The notes under the pieces are model-generated. The model had not been told where the DNA came from and made no database searches. It saw only the letters and a list, made by a program, of their open reading frames with translations. The position numbers and the translations under genes are program-made. Shown here piece by piece: positions 31,196 to 41,684 of a DNA stretch of 64,000 nt (positions are counted from its first letter, which is position 1; each line of letters starts with the position of its first letter). This DNA is from an uncultured delta proteobacterium (GTDB lineage: Bacteria; Desulfobacterota; Syntrophia; Syntrophales; UBA5619), in contig CAWFOM010000003.1 in assembly GCA_963817385.1 (NCBI GenBank), positions 32,001 to 96,000 on the forward strand, read 5' to 3'.

Positions 31196-32353
31196 ATGCA
31201 GAACACTGAATCGGTAAAAACACTGCCGCCCGAATTGAACCAACCGTCCCGGTCGTCCGGCCGACGGGGGGAGTACGACACGGAAGCCGGCGCCGCCGGG
31301 GAAATTTCTCGGAACATCGCTGTTTTGCCCGGCGACGGCATTGGACCGGAGGTCATTGGCGCCACGCTTGCCGTACTGAAGACGTTGGAGGGCAAGTTGA
31401 AGAAAGTCCGCTTTGCTTTCCGTGAACATTCCGCCGGCGCCGCGGAATATCTCCGGCATGGCGACCCATTGCCGGCGGAAGTGTTTGCGGCTTGTCGCCA
31501 GGCGGACGCGGTGCTGCTGGGAGCGATGGGCCTGCCCAGCGTCCGTTGGCCCGATGGGCGTGAGCTCTCACCGCAGCTTGACCTGCGCGAGCGACTCGAT
31601 CTCTATGCCGGCCTCCGGCCCATCCGGCTCTACCACGCACAGGACACCCCGCTGAAGCGGTATGGCGCGGGGGAGATTGATCTGGTTATCGTGCGCGAAA
31701 ATTGCGAAGGGTTGTTCTCTGCCCGGCTCATCAAATCCGATCCGGCCAGCGGCGAAGTCCGCGATGTGATGCGTATCACGCGTCGGGGCGCCGAGCGCGT
31801 CTGCCGGGCGGCGTTTAAACTGGCGGGCCGGCGCCGTAAAAAGTGCACCTTGGTGGACAAGGCCAACGTCCTGCCTTCCATGGTATTCTTCCGCTCCGTA
31901 TTCGACGATGTCGCGCGGGAATACCCCGAGGTTGAAGCCTCACACGTCTATGTGGATGCGATGGCCTTGTACTTATTGCAGAAACCACACGCGTTCGATG
32001 TGCTGGTCACGGAAAACATGTTCGGCGACATCCTCAGCGACTTGGCTGCCGGTCTCGTCGGCGGTATGGGCATGGCGCCATCGGCGGACATCGGCGATGA
32101 CTGCGCCGTCTTCCAGCCCTCGCACGGAACCGCGCCGGACATCGCCGGAAAAGGCATCGCCAATCCCATTGCCGCCATCCTCTCGGCGGCAATGATGCTC
32201 GAATGGCTGGGGCATCCGGTGTTGTTCGACGGCGCCGCCCGCATCCGTTGCGCCGTCGAAACCGTGCTCGGCGACCCGGCTAACCGCACGCCGGACACCG
32301 GGGGGCGACTGTCTACCCAACAAATAACGGAAAAGATTATGGAACAGCTATGA
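31196..32353 (+). CDS. Isocitrate/isopropylmalate/tartrate dehydrogenase family protein
   Basis: LPGDGIGPEV, VRENCEG, VDKANV, NMFGDILSD, HGTAPDIAGKGIANP. Confidence 0.9.
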   Translation: MQNTESVKTLPPELNQPSRSSGRRGEYDTEAGAAGEISRNIAVLPGDGIGPEVIGATLAVLKTLEGKLKKVRFAFREHSAGAAEYLRHGDPLPAEVFAACRQADAVLLGAMGLPSVRWPDGRELSPQLDLRERLDLYAGLRPIRLYHAQDTPLKRYGAGEIDLVIVRENCEGLFSARLIKSDPASGEVRDVMRITRRGAERVCRAAFKLAGRRRKKCTLVDKANVLPSMVFFRSVFDDVAREYPEVEASHVYVDAMALYLLQKPHAFDVLVTENMFGDILSDLAAGLVGGMGMAPSADIGDDCAVFQPSHGTAPDIAGKGIANPIAAILSAAMMLEWLGHPVLFDGAARIRCAVETVLGDPANRTPDTGGRLSTQQITEKIMEQL

Positions 32354-32418
32354 GCGAGATCTGAGCGATGGGTTTATTAATTTCAATATCATCCTGATAT
32401 CATAAAAGAAGGGGTCCA

Positions 32419-33234
32419 ATGGAGATCGATAAGGAAAAATGCGTCGGGTGCGGAAATTGTCATGCGGTATGCACCATGGGGGCGATCAGTTTGGACGAAG
32501 ACGGGAAGTCGATCGTCAATCAAGACCAGTGCGTGGAATGTTCGGTTTGTTACCGGTTTCTCAAGGATGAACGGTATTGGCCCTGGATGGTCAGGGCGAT
32601 TCGCCGGGTCTTGTCCGTCTTCCGCCTGGGTTATCTGGCCGACGTGGACGTGTGTCCCACAGGCGCCTTGACGCCTCCGGTCCTGGAATGGCCGCGGAGT
32701 CTCCGGGGGATGTTCAGCGATCCGACCATCATCCACCCGGGAACGGGCCTCTACGGCCGGGGAACCGAAGAGATTAAAAGCAACGATGTGACCGGCCGGC
32801 TCCGCAAAGGAGAAGCCGGCCTGGTCGTGGAAATGGGGCGACCCGGAATCGGGGCCTTTTTGTGGGACATCGAAAAGGTGGCCATGGCGCTCGCCCGGCT
32901 CAATCCCGACTTCGAGGCCAAGAATCCGGTGACCCAGTTGATGGAGGATACCGGGACGGGGAAGATAAAAGACGAGGTCCTGAACGAAAAGGTTCTCTCC
33001 GCGATTATTGAAATCAAAATCAAATTGGAAAGAATCCCGGACTTCCTCCAGGCTCTGGCAAAAGTCCAGAAAGAGGTTGATACCGTGATCAGCGTCGGCG
33101 TGGCCTCCCGATGCCTTCCCGATGGATCCATCCCCCATGAGGAGTGGGTCAGGAAGGCCGGCTATACCCTTTCGCTCAACGGAAAAACCAATCTGGGCCT
33201 GGGCCGGCCTCTATTCAAGGAGACGGAAGCATGA
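32419..33234 (+). CDS. 4Fe-4S dicluster domain protein with an uncharacterised C-terminal domain
   Basis: CVGCGNCHAVC; CVECSVC...VCP split by an insertion. Confidence 0.85.
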   Translation: MEIDKEKCVGCGNCHAVCTMGAISLDEDGKSIVNQDQCVECSVCYRFLKDERYWPWMVRAIRRVLSVFRLGYLADVDVCPTGALTPPVLEWPRSLRGMFSDPTIIHPGTGLYGRGTEEIKSNDVTGRLRKGEAGLVVEMGRPGIGAFLWDIEKVAMALARLNPDFEAKNPVTQLMEDTGTGKIKDEVLNEKVLSAIIEIKIKLERIPDFLQALAKVQKEVDTVISVGVASRCLPDGSIPHEEWVRKAGYTLSLNGKTNLGLGRPLFKETEA

Positions 33235-33893
33235 CCAATACACTACACCGCCAAGGGAAAGCCGGAAACCTGAAGAAAGATTACATCGTCTTCATGACGA
33301 CCGCCGCGGGAATCAATCGGGAGGGATCGGCGTCCGAAATCCGGAAGTTCATGCGCATCTGTCAGAAATATAATCCGATCAACATGGGAAACGTCAAGCT
33401 GGGGAACATCTACCAGGATGGCGTCGAGGTTGAGGAGTTTATCGCCAGTCTTAGCGAGGGCGCCGGCTCCACGGCGGTCTTTACCGACCTCGACACGGTT
33501 CAGAAGGTGGTCGAGGAGTTGATCCGGGCTGATCTGGGAATTTCCATCAACATCAGCGGCCTTCTGGATGAGGTTCAGGAATGCTGTCGCAAGGCCGGCA
33601 TCACCCGCCACAGCGCCGAGCATTCCTTGGGCTTTTGGGGCGCCAGGGAGCGCCTGCCCGAAAGGGAGACTCTGGAAATCAACACCTTATGCGGCCATGG
33701 CATGGTCTCCTTCAACCTGATCCGGAAAATGATCGAATACGTGAAACTCCGGCGGCTGACCCCGAAAAAGGCGGCCCGGATCCTGGCCAAGTGCTGTGAA
33801 TGCGGCGCTTTCAATCCCGCGCGGGCGGAGAAACTTCTGGAAAAGATCAAAAAGGGGGAAGTTACCCCCTCGGGAAAATCAGTAGAAGAGTAA
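33231..33893 (+). CDS. Hypothetical Cys-containing protein coupled to the 4Fe-4S gene
   Basis: ATGA overlap, GGAG RBS, MTNTLHR start, LCGHGMV and CCECGAFNP motifs. Confidence 0.78.
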   Translation: MTNTLHRQGKAGNLKKDYIVFMTTAAGINREGSASEIRKFMRICQKYNPINMGNVKLGNIYQDGVEVEEFIASLSEGAGSTAVFTDLDTVQKVVEELIRADLGISINISGLLDEVQECCRKAGITRHSAEHSLGFWGARERLPERETLEINTLCGHGMVSFNLIRKMIEYVKLRRLTPKKAARILAKCCECGAFNPARAEKLLEKIKKGEVTPSGKSVEE

Positions 33894-33936
33894 TTTTTTA
33901 CCGTCGGCGAGCATATCACGTCAAAGGAGGGGAAAA

Positions 33937-34917
33937 ATGAAAAACTTCTGCAGGTCATCCGTATTGTTTCTGGTCGTTTTGCTTGTCGCCATCGGGGCGG
34001 GCAGCGTCTTCGGTGCGAGCAGCTTCCCGGAGAAACCCATCACCGTGGTCGTCGCGTACAGCGCCGGCGGCGGAAGCGATATCTTCGCGCGCACCATGGC
34101 CGCTGCCGTAGAAAAAGACAAGCTCTTCCCCAAGCCGCTCGTCATCGAAAACAAGCCGGGCGGAAGCGGCGGGATCGGCTACGGCTATGTGGCCGGCAAA
34201 AAGAAGGATCCCTACTTTCTGGTCACGGTCACCCCGTCTTTTCTGACCACGCCGCTGATCAGCAGCACGCCCTTCAATCTGAAGGATTTCACCCCGATCG
34301 CCAATTTCGCCTTTGACGAGTTCACGCTCATCGTGAATGCCGCTTCAAAATACAAATCCGTGCAGGAGGTCATCGCCGACGCGAAGGCCAACCCGAAGAA
34401 GATCACCATGGGCGGGACCGCTTTGGGCGGCGCCGATTCCATCGCTTCCTACCTGATCGAGAAAGCGGCAGGCATCCAGCTCAATTACGTCGTCTTCAAC
34501 GGCGGCGGTGAGGTCAATGCAGCCCTCCTGGGCGGCCACATCGACATGGCCGTTTCAAACCCCGGCGAGTCTCTTGAACTCTACAAAGCCGGAAAAGTTC
34601 GGATTCTCGGAGTCTTCGCGGAAAAACGTCTGGCCGGCGCCCCGGAAATCCCCACAATGAAGGAGCAGGGGGTCAACGTCGTGTACGTCCAGAACCGCGG
34701 CATCGTCGCGCCAGCAGACATCCCGGCGGACGCCCACAAGGTCTTGGAGCAAGCTTTCTTCAAATACACACAGAGCGAGAGCTTCAAGAAGTACTGCAAG
34801 GACAACATGCTGACCGAAGCGTGGCTGGACGGCGCCGCCTTCGGGAAATTCCTTGAGGATTGGAACGGCAGGTATGCCGTCATCCTCAGGGACATGGGCC
34901 TGATCAAGAAGAAGTAA
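33937..34917 (+). CDS. TctC/Bug substrate-binding protein
   Basis: Signal peptide, FPEKPI, AGGGSDIFAR, NKPGGSG, LLGGHID. Confidence 0.92.
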   Translation: MKNFCRSSVLFLVVLLVAIGAGSVFGASSFPEKPITVVVAYSAGGGSDIFARTMAAAVEKDKLFPKPLVIENKPGGSGGIGYGYVAGKKKDPYFLVTVTPSFLTTPLISSTPFNLKDFTPIANFAFDEFTLIVNAASKYKSVQEVIADAKANPKKITMGGTALGGADSIASYLIEKAAGIQLNYVVFNGGGEVNAALLGGHIDMAVSNPGESLELYKAGKVRILGVFAEKRLAGAPEIPTMKEQGVNVVYVQNRGIVAPADIPADAHKVLEQAFFKYTQSESFKKYCKDNMLTEAWLDGAAFGKFLEDWNGRYAVILRDMGLIKKK

Positions 34918-35094
34918 TCCGGATTCCTGTCGCGTGAGCCGGATTCGGTATTTTACGCCATCCTGTTTGCCGGAATGCCGAAGCGATGATGTTCATATCC
35001 GTGTGGCAAAGTCAGCGGGGTTCTGTTATAAATAGGCGGAAATTCCACAAATAAGGTCTGTGGAAACGCCTGTCCCTGCTCTGGAGAGCCTGTC

Positions 35095-36316
35095 ATGCCT
35101 GCGGAAGACATTGCAAAGCTGAAGATCGAAAAATCGGAGAAAATCATCAAGCCCGGCAGGCGCAGAAAGAAGCCGCTTGTCATCGCGGCCGTCGTCCTGT
35201 TCATTCTGACAGCCGGCGGACTTTACTTCGGCGGCATCCTCGTCCCGGCCGTCTCCATCGATGTGACGACCGTTTCCCAATTTTATCCTTCCCAGTCGAT
35301 GTCCCTGCTGAACGCAAGCGGCTACATCGTCGCCCAGCGGAAAGCCGCGGTGGCCTCCAAGGTGACGGGCACTCTGGTGGCGCTGATGGTGGAGGAAGGG
35401 AGCAAGATCAAGAAGGGAGACGTGATCGCCCGCATGGAGAATATCGACGTCTCCGCAGTCAGAGACCAGGTCGCGGCAAACCTGAACACGGCCCGCGCCG
35501 CCCTCGAACAGGCCAGGGCGGAAAGGGACAACGCCCAGAAGGAATATGAACGCTACAAACAGCTCGTTGCCAAAGATTACGTATCCAGGTCCGATTATGA
35601 AGTGACGGAGACGCGCTACCGGAAGGCCGTCGACGGAGTGAAGGCGTCGGAAGCCGCCGTTCATGCCGGGGAAGCCGCGCTGCAAAACGCCGAGGCGAGT
35701 CTTGACTACACCCTGATCCGGGCCCCCTTCGATGCCATCGTTTTGACCAAGAACGCGGACATCGGCGACATCGTCACCCCCATCGGGGCCGCCGCCAACG
35801 CCAAGGCCGCCGTCGTGACGATCGCCGACATGAACTCCCTGCAGGTGGAGGTGGATGTCTCGGAAACGAGCATCACCACCATCCGGGTCGGCCAGCCCTG
35901 CGACATCCAGTTGGACGCCCTCCCGGACACGCGGTTCCGCGGGGAGGTCCATGCCATTGTGCCGACCGTCGACCGCAGCAAGGCCACCGTTCTGGTCAAG
36001 GTTCGCTTTCTGGACAAGGACCGCCGGATGCTGCCGGACATGAGCGCCAAGGTTTCCTTTCTCCCGCGCAGGCTCGCTCCCGAGGAGATGAAGCCGCGTC
36101 TCGCCGCCGCCCGGTCTGCCCTGATCGACCGCGAACGGCAGGATAATCGCGTATCTCCTGGAGGGAAACCGGGTCCGGGAGACGCCGGTCCGGATTGGGG
36201 CAACGTTCGGCGATATGGCGGAGATTCTGTCGGGGCTTAAAGCGGGAGACCGCGTCGTCGTAAAACCCCCGAAGGGATTGAAGGATGGATCGCGGATCAA
36301 AGTCGCCGAACGGTAA
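35095..36316 (+). CDS. Efflux periplasmic adaptor (MFP/MacA-like); frameshift near 36140
   Basis: TM anchor, ASGYIVAQRKAAVASK, IRAPFD, VEVDVSE. The shifted-frame tail AEILSGLKAGDRVVVKPPKGLKDGSRIKVAER* ends at TAA 36316. Confidence 0.9.
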
Positions 36317-36353
36317 GCGTTCCCTTCCGAGCCCCTCCCCTTTTACGGAAAAT
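36282..36353 (+). repeat. Direct repeat copy 1 (last codons, stop and 3' flank of the adaptor gene)
   Basis: AGGATGGATCGCGGATCAAAGTCGCCGAACGGTAAGCGTTCCCTTCCGAGCCCCTCCCCTTTTACGGAAAAT. Confidence 0.95.
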
Positions 36354-36490
36354 ACGGCGTCAGCGAACGACACCATGCAACCTAATCTGGTAGCCGACTG
36401 AGGGTATTCAACCGTCCAGTCCCGGAGTATCTGTATGCATAAAATAGACAAGGTTTCCCGTGAGTACCGACTAGAATAGGAGGAGCGAAC

Positions 36491-36805
36491 ATGGGGTTCG
36501 GGAATAATGTCAGCCAATTGAATTTGCAGGATTTCAGACCGGGCATCCGGAGCCTGGCGGAGTGCGGCGACAGGCTGGTTATGGCCTGCATGGAGATCGG
36601 CCCGGGCAAGGAAGATGCCGGACATCAGCACCCCTTTGAACAATGCGGCGTCGTGGTTTCAGGAAGGGTTGAGATGTTCATCGGGGACGAACGGCGCGTG
36701 CTGGAAGCGATGGAAACCTATTTCATCCCCGCGGGCACGGTTCACGGATGGAAAACCTTTGACATGCCGGCCAGGATTCTGGACGTTTCGGCGAAACCCA
36801 CCTGA
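36491..36805 (+). CDS. Cupin domain protein
   Basis: HQHPFEQCG...PAGTVHG; GGAGGAG RBS. Confidence 0.85.
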   Translation: MGFGNNVSQLNLQDFRPGIRSLAECGDRLVMACMEIGPGKEDAGHQHPFEQCGVVVSGRVEMFIGDERRVLEAMETYFIPAGTVHGWKTFDMPARILDVSAKPT

Positions 36806-36817
36806 GACTCCGTCAAG

Positions 36818-36889
36818 AGGACGGATCGCGGATCAAAGTCGCCGAACGGTGAGCGTTCCCTTCCGAACCTCTTCCCTTTTACGGAAAAT
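36818..36889 (+). repeat. Direct repeat copy 2
   Basis: AGGACGGATCGCGGATCAAAGTCGCCGAACGGTGAGCGTTCCCTTCCGAACCTCTTCCCTTTTACGGAAAAT, 12 nt after the cupin stop. Confidence 0.95.
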
Positions 36890-37012
36890 CAAATTCTTCC
36901 TGACATTCACAAAAAGACAGGACATATGAAAATGGTGTCAACTTGTTACCGTTAAGGTTTTTATGTTTGAATATTTTAGTGCTGTAGTGTATTGTAGTGC
37001 AGGAGGTGCAGT

Positions 37013-37354
37013 ATGAGAAGTGTTCTGTCTGTTAGTTTACCGGAGAAAATGGCCGCCGAATTGGATGTCATTGCCAAGGACACAGGAAGGAATAAAAGCG
37101 ATATTGTGAAAGAGTCCTTGGGGCAATTTTTGTGGGAGAACAGATTCCGCCGTATGAAGAAACGTCTAATTCCCAAAGCAAAAGCGGCGGGTTATGTTAC
37201 GGACGATTCCATGCAGGAACGGAAACTGTCCGACCTCAAAGACATCATACGCAACCTTCCCCGTCTCGAAGACGATGGAGATGCCTTCGCGAGAGATATT
37301 GCACAGGCTATCGCGTTGCAACCGCCCGTCGGGGAGGGAAATCCATGGGCATAA
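37013..37354 (+). CDS. Ribbon-helix-helix (CopG-like) antitoxin, apparently chimeric
   Basis: MRSVLSVSLPEKMAAELD...NKSDIVKESL RHH pattern; overlaps the start of the PIN toxin. Confidence 0.75.
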   Translation: MRSVLSVSLPEKMAAELDVIAKDTGRNKSDIVKESLGQFLWENRFRRMKKRLIPKAKAAGYVTDDSMQERKLSDLKDIIRNLPRLEDDGDAFARDIAQAIALQPPVGEGNPWA

Positions 37355-37749
37355 TCTTCGACACCTCGGCGATCATCGCCATCGAACGCGGTCATGAATC
37401 TCTCGACGCCCTCATAGCGGGACGGGCGGAAGAGCCTTTCGGCATCAGCGTCGTCACGGCGGCCGAACTTCTGCACGGCGTCGAGCGGGCTGATACGGAC
37501 GAGAGGAAACTCAGGCGGCAGGCCTTTGTGGAGAAGGTGATCGAATCCTTTCCGGTCTTCCCCTTCGATCTGATGGTCGGCCGTATCTACGCCCGCATCT
37601 GGGCCGCCATCGCCCGAAAGGGGTGGACCGTGGGCGCCCACGACCTCATCATTGCCGCCACCGCCATTTCCCTGGATTACACCGTAGCCACGGTCAACAT
37701 CCGGGATTTCGAAAAGATCCCGGGGGTAAAGATGGAAAAACTGCAATAG
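37345..37749 (+). CDS. vapC: VapC-family PIN domain toxin
   Basis: IIFDTSAII, SVVTAAELLHG, HDLIIAATA, TVNIRDFEKIPG. Confidence 0.92.
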   Translation: MGIIFDTSAIIAIERGHESLDALIAGRAEEPFGISVVTAAELLHGVERADTDERKLRRQAFVEKVIESFPVFPFDLMVGRIYARIWAAIARKGWTVGAHDLIIAATAISLDYTVATVNIRDFEKIPGVKMEKLQ

Positions 37750-37797
37750 CCATGAGAAGGATCTTCAGGAATCCAGAGTATTCGCGTATCTCCCGAA

Positions 37798-37852
37798 AGG
37801 ATGGATCGCGGATCAAAGTCGCCGAACGGTGAGCATTCCCTTCCGAACCCCT
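37798..37852 (+). repeat. Direct repeat copy 3
   Basis: AGGATGGATCGCGGATCAAAGTCGCCGAACGGTGAGCATTCCCTTCCGAACCCCT, 3 mismatches to copy 1 over 55 bp. Confidence 0.95.
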
Positions 37853-37980
37853 TGATAGGATTCACCTGCCGATAAACGTCCAATTAAATATCATTGTAAT
37901 TACTCTTACGCTGCGTATTCTCATAGCTAAATAGATCGTCGTGCAACCCAATGCAGCGATAGCCAACCAACGGAGGTTAA

Positions 37981-40900
37981 ATGCCCGAGAAAAGAGATCG
38001 CAAACTCAGTTCCGCTCGCAAAAAAACCACTATGGCTGATCCGGGCAAGCACGCAGAGAAAAAACAACCGGCTCCGCAAGTGCGCGGCGCGGGGAAACCG
38101 GCACCGGCAAAGGTCCGATTGGAAACAGAGACCGCAGTGGCTGCAGGCATCACACCCCTCGTCGATCTCGGCATCATCTGGGAACGGATCGGCAAGGCGC
38201 GCGTGCCGGAGGAATTCCGCGTCTCGTGCATCCGCCCGGATGATTTGCTCGTGTGCGATTTTATCTTCGAAAATCTGCGGATCGAGAGCGAGGGAGAGGG
38301 TGGGCCGAAGCTCGTTCGTAAAAATCCGGCGGCCGCGGTGACGCTGATCATCGAACTGCCGCCGCAGAGCTTCGGGGAGGAGGCATTCCTCGATAAGACC
38401 GGGCCGGAGGTTGCCAGTAATCCGACCGGAAAGGACAAGTTCCCCGAAACGACTCCGTCCGCAGACGCAAAGAACGTGGCGTCCGCGGGCGAAACGCTTC
38501 CTCCGATGCCTTCCGCGAGGATTCGTATGGCGGGTCGGAGCCGCATTGCATACGTGATGCCTGCCGAAGAAACAGAGCTCGCGTTCACGATCGAGGCCAT
38601 CCTCGATGCGTGCCGTCGCTGGCCGATGCGGCTCGATGTAAACGCCGTGCCCGATCCTCCGCACTTCCGGCTGAAGGATTTCGGTGTTAGCGATCAATGG
38701 CTCGCCAACGTTGCCGCATCGGATGGCTGGGCACAGGCGACACAGGAATTGGTGGGTGCCCTGGGCGGTGCGCAGGCCTTGCAAAAATCGCTTGCAGGCG
38801 CCGCACGTCGCGTCGCGACGAAGGCGATTGAAGCCGTTAGTGCCGGCACGCGCGGAATCGAGGGCGGGTTGCGTCGCGCAATGAACGAGGAACTCGATGT
38901 CCTCGCGGAAAGGTTCGCACCGTTGCGCGATGCGGACCGGCGCGAGGTTGCCGCGGCGGCGCTTTCGTTGACGACGACGCAGGCAGTCGCAGCGCGCCGG
39001 GTCGGCGAGTCGATTATCGACCGCATCAAGGATTTTCCATTTCTCCCGATCATCTTCGGCCCGCACCGGCCGGCGCGCGATGTCACCGCACTGGAGCTGC
39101 CGTATCGGGTCGTCCTTTCCCCGGTCCCACAATCGCGCTGGCATCACGGCACGAAGCCGATCGCGCGCAATGGCCGCACCGAGTTGTGGCATACACGGCT
39201 CACAAGCGCCATCGCCGACATCGGGCCGGATTTGCCGACGAATGTGCGCGCTCTTTGGTCGCCGGATTACCATCTAAATAACATCGTCGGCATCGTGAAC
39301 GACGTAAAGCCGTTCCGGATGAGTCTCGACCCGCTCGACCGCGAGATGCTTGTGAAGCTGATGTCCGGCTTCGACGAACTCGACAAGAACGGCCGCACTT
39401 TTCGTCCGCACACCGCCCGCTCGCGGCGACTCGCGCTTTCCTCGCTCGGCGCACTGCTCGATGCGGAGGGAAATTGGGAGCCGCCCTCGCCAAAGGACGT
39501 CAGTCTCGAGGAATGGCGGCACCTCGCGACGCTGGGGCGCGATCACTACGTACGCGTCGTCTATCGCGGATTTTTAAAAGATTTGCGGCACGCGGCCTCG
39601 CTCGTGAAAGTGACCGAGCGAAAGTTCGAATCCATACAGGGTACGAAGAACCGCGTCGCCGTGCTGCGGCAGCGTTTCTTCATCATCGTGCGGGAGCCGA
39701 TAAAGCACTACACCGGCGCGGGCCACACGTACGGCGGACGCAATTTCCCATTCACGGACGTGGAAATCCTCACGCGCGTCACGCCGAGCCTGCGCGCGCC
39801 GGACCAACCGGAGTGCCGGCTCAGCGATCCCGGAACCATCATCTACAACCCCGCGACGCCCGGCGTCCCGCATCGCGCCTGCTTTTGGCCGATGATCAGC
39901 CCGACGAACAACTTCCTGTTCCAAATCGCAGCGACCGATCTCAGCGGTAATCGGGTGACATTTCGCGATGCCGTTGCTGTTCGTCGGCTCGGAAGCGAAC
40001 GATAACCCGCAGGTCATCGCTGAGATCATCAAGCAAAATAACCTCCAGCCTGCGAACCCGCGCCGTCGCGCCTCGCTCGGAAACGCCTCCGTGTGCTATG
40101 CGCCGATCAAGGACGGCGCGGATGGCGATCCGCGATCTGCCGACGAGCGAGATCGTTTTCCGCTGTTCGAACCTAAACGGCGTCTCCACGGACGAGGCGC
40201 AGTTTTATCCCGAAATCGAAAGCGCGCAGGTCGGCATCGCGGCGATCCAGCGGTTGCTGCAGCAACCGAATGCCACTGTCGGTGTTACGTATCCGGATGT
40301 TTACAAAACCACGAATAGCGGTTTCGGCGCGGGCAAATCCCGGCGAGCTCTTTTTGAAGCTTCTCCAGCCGTTCGCGCTCGCTTTCGGCGATCAGGTGAA
40401 AAGCGACGCACTCGGCGGGCTCGCGACGCCCAGCATGGCGATCCAGGGACTTGTCGCGCATCATGGGTCCGGTTGCGGCGCAACCGCCCGCAAATCCGGC
40501 AAACATCGAGTCCGCGCTCGGCAACGTCATCGGCAACCAGTTCAATCCCGCCGACTTTTTCCAGGGCGCGAAAATCCTCGGCGGCGTCGATCTCGGCACG
40601 ATCCTCGAGGTTGCGACCTCGCTCGTGGGCGCGGATGTGCCGAAACTCCTGAGCAAGCAGCTTCCCGATAAAATCGAGGCGCGCTTCGACTGGAGCACGC
40701 AGGTCAATAAATCAGACCCACTCGGCCTCTTCGTGCCGAATGCCGGCGGCGCGTCGCTACTCGAAATGCACGGCCTCATCAGCGCGCCGATCGCGAATCC
40801 CGCAGCGACGACTTTCAACGCTACTGCGTCGATCGTGCATTTCAAAATCAACCTCTTCGGTTTCATCACGGTGTGGTTCGACCGGCTCGCATTCACCGCG

Positions 40901-41683
40901 AAGACGGGCGCGAAGCCGGACGTCGCAGTCGATCTGCATCCGGGCGACGAGGCTATTGCGTTCGGCGGTCCGCTCGAGTTCGTGAACGAGATTCGGAAGA
41001 TCATTCCTTCGAATGGCTTCAGTGATCCGCCCGGCTTGTCGGTCACGCCGAGCGGCATTAGCGCAAGCTACTCGGTCAATATCCCGTCGCTGAGCGTCGG
41101 CATTTTTGCGCTCGAACATCTCTCGCTCGGCGCGGGATTTCTGCTGCCGTTCGACGCCAAGCCCGCGGAGGTGCGCTTCAATTTTGCCGAACGACAGCGG
41201 CCTTTCAGCCTCACGGTCTCGCTCCTCGGAGGCGGCGGATTTTTTGCGATCGGCGTCGGAACCGAGGGCGTGCGCGAGATCGAGGCGGCACTCGAATTCG
41301 GCGCGGCGCTCTCGATCAATCTCGGTGTCGCGAGCGGCAGCGTGGAGATCAAGGCGGGCGTTTATTTCCACTGGCAGACGGCGTCGGTGGAACTCGCGGG
41401 TTACGTGCGGCTGCACGGAGAACTCTCGGTGCTCGGGCTCATCTCGGCGTCGCTGACATTCAATCTCCAGCTTGCCTATTTGAAAGAAAACGGGAAGTCC
41501 GTCGTGTGGGGCGAGGCGACGCTCGAGGTGGAAATTGAAATCCTGTTCCTCAGCTTCAGTGTATCGGTGAAATGCCGGCGCGAGTTCGGCGGCTCGGAGG
41601 GCGATCCGAAATTCATCGAGCTCATTCCCGATCAAGCGACCTGGAACGACTATTGCGAAGCATTCGCGACGGAGGCTGCCTGA
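37981..41683 (+). CDS. Giant hypothetical protein A (~1230 aa reconstructed; frameshifts near 39965, 40135, 40333, 40450) with a beta-strand-rich C-terminus
   Basis: GGAGG RBS. Protein-like segments chain through ORFs 37981, 39968, 40098, 40270 and 40451. The last ~300 aa is a run of amphipathic strands ending WNDYCEAFA. Confidence 0.75.
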
Positions 41684-41684
41684 T

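Noticed and set aside
31196..32353. Assigning leuB
   Set aside because: The family is clear, but there is no leu operon context and specificity cannot be read from the sequence.
36282..37852. Three direct repeats as a CRISPR array or canonical integron attC sites
   Set aside because: The intervals are ~460-910 bp and contain whole genes. There are no cas or intI genes, and the repeat lacks the long RYYYAAC...GTTRRRY palindrome.
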